DNA from: a virus
Lineage: Duplodnaviria; Heunggongvirae; Uroviricota; Caudoviricetes
Virus record (IMG/VR): IMGVR_UViG_3300031911_000001
Span: 1 to 37,880 of that record
Strand: one strand, 5' to 3'
Length of the DNA stretch: 37,880 bases
Made by a program: the position numbers and the translations under genes. This document shows, piece by piece, positions 30,562 to 37,880 of this stretch (the first letter of the stretch is position 1; each line of letters opens with the position of its first letter). Under the pieces are notes generated by a model. That model saw only the letters and a list, made by a program, of their open reading frames with translations. It ran no database searches and had not been told where the DNA came from.

Positions 30562-30932
30562 TACCCTCGATCAGACCACGGAGGCAGAGGTACGGTCTTC
30601 CCTGCTAGCTCATGGGTGCAATCATCTAGGAACTGAACCATACCGTCGGTGATGAACGTATGGCAGACGACACACTTGAAGACCGGTTCCTCGTCGGGGT
30701 TCTCTGCAGCATGGACGCACCAGCAACGGTCACCCGGTTTGAAGTACGACGAATGATGACCACTACGCACAAGGACCGATGGCGTGAATGTCGGGTTGTC
30801 CATGTCCCCATTCCAGCCCCAGCGAGGACCGGGACCCTCACCGACGCTGATCGAGTGCATCTCTTTGCACCCGGGACACCAGTAGGAGAGGCCGCCACCC
30901 TCTACCCGCCTGAGATATTCGCTATGACTCAT
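30558..30932 (-). CDS. DUF6527-like Cys/His-rich protein
   Basis: WCPGC...H.I...W.WNG....PTFTPSVL...CH.FITDG..QFL.DCTH.LAG.TVPLP. Confidence 0.65.
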   Translation of the reverse strand: MSHSEYLRRVEGGGLSYWCPGCKEMHSISVGEGPGPRWGWNGDMDNPTFTPSVLVRSGHHSSYFKPGDRCWCVHAAENPDEEPVFKCVVCHTFITDGMVQFLDDCTHELAGKTVPLPPWSDRGY

Positions 30933-31033
30933 AGTTTGATCGCCACGTAGATTAGGAAGGCCAGACTACCGATGAGGGATGAAGCGACGATAGTCCCTTC
31001 AATCCAGTCCCAGACGGTGGGCTTGGTGATCAT
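30929..31033 (-). CDS. 34-aa single-TM peptide
   Basis: MITKPTVWDWIEGTIVASSLIGSLAFLIYVAIKL; ATGA overlaps at both ends. Confidence 0.55.
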   Translation of the reverse strand: MITKPTVWDWIEGTIVASSLIGSLAFLIYVAIKL

Positions 31034-31239
31034 GATCGACTCATTCTGATCATCGGTGTCGTCTTGATAGACTTCATGATGCGCATTTGGAACTCAGTGA
31101 TGGGCCTGTGCTCAATTCGTTCGTGGTCATCACGACCCGGGAGATAGGGAGCAAAGAAGAATCCTTGATCGATGCTCATTTGTCCTTTGTATCCAATGGG
31201 ATGGCTCATCGTCTGGGTGTCAGTGTAGATCCTGATCAT
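31030..31239 (-). CDS. Small protein containing a gp23 major-capsid-like motif
   Basis: IGYKGQMSIDQGFFFAPYLP resembles T4 gp23 VGYKG.NEMDAGIYYAPYV. Confidence 0.55.
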   Translation of the reverse strand: MIRIYTDTQTMSHPIGYKGQMSIDQGFFFAPYLPGRDDHERIEHRPITEFQMRIMKSIKTTPMIRMSRS

Positions 31240-32552
31240 ACAAGCACCGATTGAATGACGACCGTGCTCTTGTCCAGCCCACCCTTCGTAGCGTAGCTCT
31301 TCAGCTGCTGATCGAACGGGTAGCCTTCGATGCCGTCGGTGTTCTGGAGGTCAACTTTGACGCCGTCGATGGACTTGTCCTGCCACACGAGGTACAGGTT
31401 CTGTGACGCCTTGCCGTTCAGGTTCAGGGCTCGTTCGCTGTAGGCATTGTTGCCGGGCATGCCAGACGAGCGAGCGAAGTTATCACTGATGTAGGCGGAG
31501 TGAATGTGTCCGCAGATGACGTAGTCGACGTTGACGCCTCGGCTTCCGTACTTGGCCTTGATGGCGATAACTTCGCGTTCAAGATTGCCGGTAGCAGCGA
31601 GACCCCGGTGGGCGTGTCCATGGACCAGAAGGAAGTTAACACCATTGAGATTGACTACCTGTTCGAGTGGGTTGGTCACCGGGATGAACGTCACACGGGG
31701 CACACCCTTGAAGACATAGGTGAGCATGTTGTGAATGACGACGTCATAGGAGTCGCCAGCCAGGAAGTTCGAGTAGTGGACGAACTCACCGACGCGGGAC
31801 TCATTGCCTGTGATCGATGCCACGGTCACGTTGAACTTGCTGCTCAGTTCCAGGATGGCCTGTTGCAGAATGTCGACAGCCAGGAAGATGGCCTTGCTGC
31901 GGTTCTCTGCTGCATTGGTGATTTCGTCGAGGCGACGATCAGAATTAAGCAAGTCCCCTGTACAAAACACCGCAACATCGGTTATATTGAAGGCTGTAAA
32001 GTAGGAGATCGCACGGCTCACATGCTTACGCACTCGTTGAGAAGCAATCTCGAAGTTGTATTGATTGCCATCGAGGTCGTCAATGAGCTCGTTGAAGTGG
32101 ATGTCGGAGAACTGAACAACACCGACCGGGGCCACCTTGCTGGACTCGACGCGCTTCAGCTTCGACTTGGTGAGGCTGTTGGCCTCCAGTGTGTCGATGA
32201 TGGCCTGCTGCATGGCAAGGATCAGGTTGTCCTTGCGAGCGTGTTCACGGAACACCTTACGCTCTACACGGGTACGATCCTGATAGCCTTGGATGCGCTT
32301 TTGCAGACGGGCGCTGTGATGCAGAGCCTGATCCAGCGTCACCGGTTGTTCCAGAGACTCACCGTCGTCTGTCGCCAGCAGGTAGGCGAACTTCTTCTGA
32401 TTCGACTCGTTACTGAGGATGCCTCGAACGGTGCGCTGTGGCACCCCTAGCAACGCCTCGATCTCAGGGCTGCTCAGGCCCTCGACGTATGCTTGATTGA
32501 AAATTTGAGCTACGGTCGTGTCAGACCACTGAGTTGCCTTGGACTTTGCCAT
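31236..32552 (-). CDS. HTH plus calcineurin-like metallophosphoesterase
   Basis: N-terminal HTH and coiled coil; SDIHF, TGDL, GNESR, HGH, CGHIH motifs. Confidence 0.8.
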   Translation of the reverse strand: MAKSKATQWSDTTVAQIFNQAYVEGLSSPEIEALLGVPQRTVRGILSNESNQKKFAYLLATDDGESLEQPVTLDQALHHSARLQKRIQGYQDRTRVERKVFREHARKDNLILAMQQAIIDTLEANSLTKSKLKRVESSKVAPVGVVQFSDIHFNELIDDLDGNQYNFEIASQRVRKHVSRAISYFTAFNITDVAVFCTGDLLNSDRRLDEITNAAENRSKAIFLAVDILQQAILELSSKFNVTVASITGNESRVGEFVHYSNFLAGDSYDVVIHNMLTYVFKGVPRVTFIPVTNPLEQVVNLNGVNFLLVHGHAHRGLAATGNLEREVIAIKAKYGSRGVNVDYVICGHIHSAYISDNFARSSGMPGNNAYSERALNLNGKASQNLYLVWQDKSIDGVKVDLQNTDGIEGYPFDQQLKSYATKGGLDKSTVVIQSVLV

Positions 32553-32594
32553 ACACCACTTCCTTTGATTGTTTGATTCATGATGTATTGCATT

Positions 32595-33638
32595 TCAAGC
32601 CTTCCTCAATTGTGAGAAGATATTCATAGCCTTGAGACCACTGTGGGCATTCTGGGCTATAAGTCGGAGCAGTTGCCCCTTAGTCATCCCACCCTTCACG
32701 ACCATGTCGTTCAAGTCTTTCCACTGAATCGAGTCCGGGAACAGCACTACCTTTTTCCCGGCTTCGATGATTTTTTCGATCTGCTTGCATACCTGAGCAT
32801 TCCTGTACTGATGGTCCGGGATGTAGAGATCACCCCATTCGACAGACATGAGATTCGAGTCTGCCGTCGCTACACAATTTGGCACAAACAGACTGTCAAA
32901 CGGTCCTTCGACGACGCTGACAGTAGACTGTCTATTTACCCGTTCGAGTCCATAGACCTTACTGGATGTATCGTCTCGTTTGAAAGTCAGATAGCGCTGG
33001 CTCTGGGGGCACTCTGGGTCCATGCTCCGGCCCTGAAAGGTCATCAACTCTTTCTTCTCATCGAAGAATGGAATGACGATCCGTGGCTCATTCCCGGCCT
33101 TGTCTTCGAGGTCAGGCCTGAAGGCTGCCACCGTCGCTTGGAAGTTCTCACTGAAGTACAAGAGGTCGAGTTGCTCGATCTTCCGATCCTCGATGTAGCG
33201 TCGAGCCGGGTGATCCGAATCGAGGCGATCCAAGGGGGTCGAATGCGGGGGATGGGTAAAGGGTAGTCTCTGCTCCTCGGGGGCCGCAAACAGAGGTTTC
33301 GGTGCTTCCTTCGGGGTGTTCTTCTTGTTGTCGATGAACTGTCGCCATGCCGAGTTCTCAGAGTAGGTTTCCAGGCGGTACTCGTTGTAGAGGCTCTGGT
33401 CAAACTCCTTGAGGAAGGCACCGAAGGGCTTGCTGTAGTTACAGTTGTGACAGAAGCAACTCATCTTGTTCGGGTCTGCACCCTGACGATGAGTCTGGTA
33501 GATGTAGAACCGACGCTTCTTCACCGTGTCATTGCAGAACGGGCACTTTGACCGTCCAAGGTTCGGACGCTCCCACTTGAACCCCTCTAGACGAGAGGAG
33601 CAAAAGGCGGCAAACTTCCGGTCGGTAAGATAGCTCAT
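32595..33638 (-). CDS. 61: DNA primase gp61
   Basis: Start MSYLTDRKF; CPFC...CHNC zinc finger, RIVIPFF..FQGR, YGLERV...VVEGPFDSLF, WKDLNDM. Confidence 0.92.
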   Translation of the reverse strand: MSYLTDRKFAAFCSSRLEGFKWERPNLGRSKCPFCNDTVKKRRFYIYQTHRQGADPNKMSCFCHNCNYSKPFGAFLKEFDQSLYNEYRLETYSENSAWRQFIDNKKNTPKEAPKPLFAAPEEQRLPFTHPPHSTPLDRLDSDHPARRYIEDRKIEQLDLLYFSENFQATVAAFRPDLEDKAGNEPRIVIPFFDEKKELMTFQGRSMDPECPQSQRYLTFKRDDTSSKVYGLERVNRQSTVSVVEGPFDSLFVPNCVATADSNLMSVEWGDLYIPDHQYRNAQVCKQIEKIIEAGKKVVLFPDSIQWKDLNDMVVKGGMTKGQLLRLIAQNAHSGLKAMNIFSQLRKA

Positions 33639-33868
33639 GCTGCCCGGGTTGTATCGACGTTGACGTTCTCGAGAAGCGCAAACACGTGCGTAGGCACAGG
33701 ATGTGTCTTGGCAGGCAGTTCTTCTGCAAAGACGACCTTGAGGGCATCCTCGGTGACCCACTCAGGATCAAACTCACGTGGATCGACCAGAGACTCGGCA
33801 TCGACGCGGCCGATCATCTTCTTGTTCTCGTCGAAGGCGAACATCGCCATCTTGATCATCTTCGTCAT
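33635..33868 (-). CDS. Hypothetical protein
   Basis: 77 aa, ATGA-coupled. Confidence 0.6.
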   Translation of the reverse strand: MTKMIKMAMFAFDENKKMIGRVDAESLVDPREFDPEWVTEDALKVVFAEELPAKTHPVPTHVFALLENVNVDTTRAA

Positions 33869-34089
33869 GGCTTCAATCCAAGTGCTTTTTCAATGTAGGG
33901 CCAGTAGATTTCGGGGTTCTTACTGTACAGGGAAAAATTCGAGAGATCGAACCTCAACTGGTGGTCAAAACGCATGTCTTTGCGTTGCCATTCGATCCAC
34001 AGTTTGAAGTGCTCATAGTCGATGATGGTTTCGACCGCATCGAGAGAGGTAATGACCTCTTCGACAATCTCATTGATGACAGGTGTCAT
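33865..34089 (-). CDS. Hypothetical protein
   Basis: 74 aa, ATGA-coupled. Confidence 0.6.
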   Translation of the reverse strand: MTPVINEIVEEVITSLDAVETIIDYEHFKLWIEWQRKDMRFDHQLRFDLSNFSLYSKNPEIYWPYIEKALGLKP

Positions 34090-34487
34090 TCGGTTTTCTC
34101 GCGATACCCTACAGAGGAAAAGTTGAAGTTGTGAAAGGATTTTGTGTTCAGATCAACCTGAACTCCGTCGCCGAGTGGGTACACCCGGGCAAAGAACTTG
34201 TACTCGTCAGGATGAGTCTCAAGACGGGTCGTCGTGAGGAACTCCAGCTCACCCATGAGCCATCCGTCCTCGACCCACATGCGGGTGCACATGAATTCGA
34301 GCGCATCGTCGGCAACCGTTGGTTCGATACCACCCATCATCCCTTTCAAGGGATGATTGATCTCACGGTACTGGATGGCCATCACCGGGAACTCTGTCTT
34401 GGCGATGGCATCCAGGATGGCCGTTTCGGTAAAACGATACCCCTGCGCTGTCAGGGGCTCATCGAGTTGAATCAGTTTCGCTTTCAT
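34086..34487 (-). CDS. Hypothetical protein
   Basis: 133 aa ORF after gp46. Confidence 0.6.
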   Translation of the reverse strand: MKAKLIQLDEPLTAQGYRFTETAILDAIAKTEFPVMAIQYREINHPLKGMMGGIEPTVADDALEFMCTRMWVEDGWLMGELEFLTTTRLETHPDEYKFFARVYPLGDGVQVDLNTKSFHNFNFSSVGYREKTE

Positions 34488-34511
34488 GTCCCTATTCTAA
34501 GGGTGAAACCA

Positions 34512-36275
34512 TCAAAGAACAACAGTGAAGTCGTCCTTGAGCATCAATTCAACCACGTTATCGAAGTACTCACCGAACTCTGCATTGCGCTGAGTGATGA
34601 CGAACAGGGTCGTTCCCTCTGGGTACTTGGATTCAAAGAACTCAACGAAGTCGCTGACGCCCTGAGCACTCAGGTTCTCGAGCACCTCATCCATGATGAT
34701 CAGGTTGGTATCGACCGAGCTCTTGATGCGAGCCACCTCACGCCATGCCAGCAGCATAGCCAAGTCGATACGACGCATCTGCCCGGTGCTCAGGTCGCTG
34801 ATGGACTGACCCTTGCGATCCGGTGCGAACATCGTCATGCCGAACTCTGTGTCGACGGTGATATTGACCCAGAGGTTCATCGCATCCAGGAACTCGTTCA
34901 CCTTCTGGTTGAGCACGGGGATGTAGAGCTTGGTGATCTCTGCCTTGAAGGCATCGTCCTTGAGGAAGGACAGCAGCACGGTCAGATCGGACTTCTTCTT
35001 GAGCAGTGCCTTCTCTTCGTCTTGCTGATCACGGAGCTCCTGCTCGAGAGTGGCAAGGGTTGCCCGTTCGACGACGATCTTGTCTCTCTCTTCCCCGGCG
35101 TCATTGATGACAGACAGGGACTTGATCCGGTTCTCGGCACTGGCTACCTGCGCGCGCAACTGGGACAGGCCATTGCGGGCCAGCGACAGCTTGTTGTTGA
35201 TCTCGATCAAGGCACGCTCTTCGGCCCGGAAGTCATTGATCTTGCGGGATTCCTCTTCGATCTTGTCACTGATCTTTTGGACGCCACCGACCAGAGTCTG
35301 GAGCTCTGGGTCCAGCTTGGCCTTGACCTCTTCCTTGCGCGCCTCACTTACCTCCTGCTCACAGGTAGGGCAGGCGGTCATGTTCACAAGACGGTTGCGT
35401 GTGTTTTCGATGCCACCATGCTTTGTCATGAGTTGAGTGCGCATGGTACTCATCTTCCCATGCAACTCTACGGCCTCGGCCATCCCGACGATCTTCTTAC
35501 TCTGCTCCAGTGCCTGATCATTGAGGGTGACGATCAGGGCCTCAGCGATCTCTACCTTGCGGATTGCTTCGTCACGCTCTGACTTGGCGGCGTCTACGAG
35601 GCCGGCATTGTCTGCCTGCTTCGACCGTACCGCGGCCTCAAGCACGTCGATCACCCGCTTTGAGGATGCGATGTTCGAGTCGGTCTTCCCGATGGCATAG
35701 TTCAGGTCAGACAGTTGACGCGTGACCTCCTTGACGTCATCCTTGGTGATCTCGTTCATCCGGCTGAAGACTTGCTGGTCCAGCATCATCTCTGCGTAGT
35801 TGCGGAGGTCACCGGCAGACATCTCGTTGAAGGGAACGAACTTGTCACGACCGAGCACGACGGTGTTGAAGAACACCTTGTCATCCATGCCGATCACATC
35901 GATCAGATACTTCTGGTAGTCACCACGGGCGGCCTCATCAGTGACACGTACCCCGTCCTTGACAATGTCGAACAGGTTGGGCTTGATGCCACGACGGACG
36001 AGCCATTGGGAGCCCTTGGTCTCGAACTCGATTTCAACGACACAGTCCTTGCCGTTCTTGGAGTTGAGTAGAGAGGTCTTCTTCTGTCCCTTTTGGTAGG
36101 CCTTGTCAAAGAAGCCGAAGGTCAGGGCGTGGGTGAGGCCAGTCGATTTACCGGCCCCGTTGTCGTTGGAGCAGACGAGGGTCCGTGGGCCATCGAGTTT
36201 GAACTCAATGAACTGGTTGCCGAATGAACGGAAGTTCTTGGCTCGTACTGCTTTGAATGTGAGTTTGGCTGTCAT
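34512..36275 (-). CDS. 46: Recombination endonuclease ATPase subunit gp46 (SbcC/Rad50 family)
   Basis: NGAGKST, long coiled coil with CPTC hook, LSTGQ signature, IIMDEV..L. Confidence 0.95.
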   Translation of the reverse strand: MTAKLTFKAVRAKNFRSFGNQFIEFKLDGPRTLVCSNDNGAGKSTGLTHALTFGFFDKAYQKGQKKTSLLNSKNGKDCVVEIEFETKGSQWLVRRGIKPNLFDIVKDGVRVTDEAARGDYQKYLIDVIGMDDKVFFNTVVLGRDKFVPFNEMSAGDLRNYAEMMLDQQVFSRMNEITKDDVKEVTRQLSDLNYAIGKTDSNIASSKRVIDVLEAAVRSKQADNAGLVDAAKSERDEAIRKVEIAEALIVTLNDQALEQSKKIVGMAEAVELHGKMSTMRTQLMTKHGGIENTRNRLVNMTACPTCEQEVSEARKEEVKAKLDPELQTLVGGVQKISDKIEEESRKINDFRAEERALIEINNKLSLARNGLSQLRAQVASAENRIKSLSVINDAGEERDKIVVERATLATLEQELRDQQDEEKALLKKKSDLTVLLSFLKDDAFKAEITKLYIPVLNQKVNEFLDAMNLWVNITVDTEFGMTMFAPDRKGQSISDLSTGQMRRIDLAMLLAWREVARIKSSVDTNLIIMDEVLENLSAQGVSDFVEFFESKYPEGTTLFVITQRNAEFGEYFDNVVELMLKDDFTVVL

Positions 36276-36472
36276 AGTCCGGTGATGTCCAAAGGCTTGG
36301 AGAGCCCTTCAAGGTAATGCTCAAGAATGACGCATATCCACAATGATACAGAGGTCGTCGTCATACCGACTGCCAACGGGTCGAGACAGAAGTGGATGTC
36401 CCTGACCCCACGTTCGATCAGTTGATCTTGCAGCCCCTTGAGGCGCTCATTGATGTTGTCGTTGGTCGTCAT
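36272..36472 (-). CDS. Hypothetical protein
   Basis: 66 aa between gp47 and gp46, ATGA-coupled. Confidence 0.55.
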   Translation of the reverse strand: MTTNDNINERLKGLQDQLIERGVRDIHFCLDPLAVGMTTTSVSLWICVILEHYLEGLSKPLDITGL

Positions 36473-36672
36473 AGTTCTTCAATTTTGGTCGAGACCAATT
36501 TGTTCGAGAGGTGCCTTTGCTTGTGGGTCTCAATTGCCTCCACAGCATATCCACGATCCGAGAACCATGCCTCTTGATACAGGGACCACCAGATAAAAAG
36601 GAACTTGACCTGCGGACCGAACCGCTTTGATCCATCGGCGAATGTGTGCTCTACGATTCGATATTTTCTCAT
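36469..36672 (-). CDS. Hypothetical protein
   Basis: KYRIVE...G...F.PQ.K.LF.W pattern; 67 aa. Confidence 0.6.
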   Translation of the reverse strand: MRKYRIVEHTFADGSKRFGPQVKFLFIWWSLYQEAWFSDRGYAVEAIETHKQRHLSNKLVSTKIEEL

Positions 36673-36887
36673 GTCACTTCTCTGACAATGATGGTCATTT
36701 CGACCTCAACGATGCAATAAAACCCGTCGATTCCCACTGCCTTCATGTAGTACATGGCACCTTCTTTGTTATCGAAGGTGTCGGCGTCCTCGATGCGGAC
36801 CGGCTGGCGCCAGCTCGTATAGTAGAGCTCCGGGTTATCGATGCTCTGAAGAGCAAAGAACTTGCTCGCTTTGTTCAGTGGGGTCAT
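36669..36887 (-). CDS. Hypothetical protein
   Basis: 72 aa, ATGA-coupled. Confidence 0.55.
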   Translation of the reverse strand: MTPLNKASKFFALQSIDNPELYYTSWRQPVRIEDADTFDNKEGAMYYMKAVGIDGFYCIVEVEMTIIVREVT

Positions 36888-37880
36888 GGTGTTTCTGCCA
36901 GTGCACGGGCCAAGATGTCGTCTTTCAACAGTTTAACTGCCGCCTTGTCAAACAGACCGTCCTCTTGTCCGTCGATGTATGAGTCAAAGGCCTCACGGGT
37001 GTTGACTGTCAGGTCTTCTTCCTTGATCGAAACCGACTGGGTTTGTACGACGGTCTCGTCAATGATCCGGTGCTCGATGAGGTCGACCTGATTTAGGGCC
37101 TTGACGAAGTTCTTGTAGTGCTTCTCGTTCGGCTTCTCGCGGACGATGACCTTGACGATCTTGCCAGCCAGTTGCTTGGACAGGCTCACCACATTCTCTT
37201 CGGCGTTCGGATCGTACTCGAAAACCGAGAACATGCTCATCCAGTCTTCGTTGGCTACGAACTCCTGTTGTTCGGTATCAGTGTCAAATATGAAGAATCC
37301 CCGATTCGTCCCATCTGGAACGTCGCCCCATGTAAGGTGATAGGGGCTTCCAAGATACTGGATGTTTTGTCGTTCTGAGATCGTGTGATAGTGCCCAGAC
37401 CAGACACGTTTGAACTTCTTGAAGGGCTCAATCGAAAGTCCGTGAGGTGCGACACTTCCTGCGTACATCGGAAAACCAGCAAACTCGAAATGGCCGAAGC
37501 AATAGTCGGCTCGGCTGGAGGCGATGTGTTTTTCAAGGTCTGGTCCAATCTGCTCGTCGAGCCATGGCATCATGAGGAAGGTCTTGCCACCGATCATCAC
37601 ATCGGTCGGCTGCTCATAGAGAACCACGTTCTCATTGCTGTCGAAAAGGCGGCATGCAGTCAGTGCATTGCTCGACCGCAGGAAGATGTCATGGTTGCCC
37701 GGGGTGGCGTACCATGTGATGTCCGTCGATTCCAGCTTCTTCTTGAAGCGACCCAAGACGTAGTCCACGACGCGGGTGTTCGTTGACTTGCGTACGTCGA
37801 AGAAGTCACCCGGATTGACGATGTGCTCAACCCCAAGGGCTACGCACTTGTCAATGAAGTGGTCGATGTAGTCGGCTTGG
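36884..37880 (-). CDS. 47: Recombination endonuclease nuclease subunit gp47 (SbcD/Mre11 family), N-terminus outside the window
   Basis: GDFFDVRK, PGNHD, MPW, GHFEF, SGHYH, YLGSPY.LTW.D; open frame continues to 37880. Confidence 0.93.
   Translation of the reverse strand, partial: QADYIDHFIDKCVALGVEHIVNPGDFFDVRKSTNTRVVDYVLGRFKKKLESTDITWYATPGNHDIFLRSSNALTACRLFDSNENVVLYEQPTDVMIGGKTFLMMPWLDEQIGPDLEKHIASSRADYCFGHFEFAGFPMYAGSVAPHGLSIEPFKKFKRVWSGHYHTISERQNIQYLGSPYHLTWGDVPDGTNRGFFIFDTDTEQQEFVANEDWMSMFSVFEYDPNAEENVVSLSKQLAGKIVKVIVREKPNEKHYKNFVKALNQVDLIEHRIIDETVVQTQSVSIKEEDLTVNTREAFDSYIDGQEDGLFDKAAVKLLKDDILARALAETP

Noticed and set aside
34083-35582. 499-aa plus-strand ORF, and similar long plus-strand ORFs (1807-2595, 5206-5907, 9408-10160, 11179-12102, 26018-26638, 31500-32450)
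   Set aside because: Each mirrors a recognisable minus-strand gene and has no family motifs.
1-37880. Genome-wide TAG-to-sense recoding (genetic code 15)
   Set aside because: All core and structural genes are intact in the standard code, and only one gene appears to need UAG readthrough.
1-37880. CRISPR array, IS element, intron or homing endonuclease
   Set aside because: No regularly spaced repeats, no transposase, HNH or GIY-YIG motifs, and no interrupted core genes were seen.

Overview
This is a segment of a large T4-like (myovirus-type) dsDNA phage genome. Essentially all real genes are on the minus strand, and the long plus-strand ORFs are antisense shadows. Core T4-like genes: gp47 (partial), gp46, primase gp61, uvsX-40-41, dsbA, rIIA-rIIB, a gp5-like tail spike split into two in-frame genes, and gp25. 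These are interspersed with accessory clusters driven by sigma70-type promoters. Accessory genes include an RNA ligase, an NMP-kinase-like protein, an HTH-metallophosphoesterase, QueE, a degenerate QueC-like protein, a 2OG-Fe(II) oxygenase, an HslV/proteasome-like Ntn protease, an HD-type protein, a Pth2-like peptidyl-tRNA hydrolase, a PQ-loop protein, lipoproteins and paralog families. The most striking signal is a candidate amber-readthrough system. The only tRNA here (7274-7348) most simply reads as anticodon CUA (amber suppressor), and the Pth2-like gene (3993-4364) has a good SD-ATG followed by an in-frame TAG at codon 6, upstream of its conserved first motif. TAG is otherwise rare as a stop in this window. 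Other unusual signals: Shine-Dalgarno GGAG placed in covarying tetraloop hairpins, promoters embedded in inverted repeats, and a mini-ORF carrying a major-capsid (gp23) motif. All family assignments are by eye from motifs; no searches were run.
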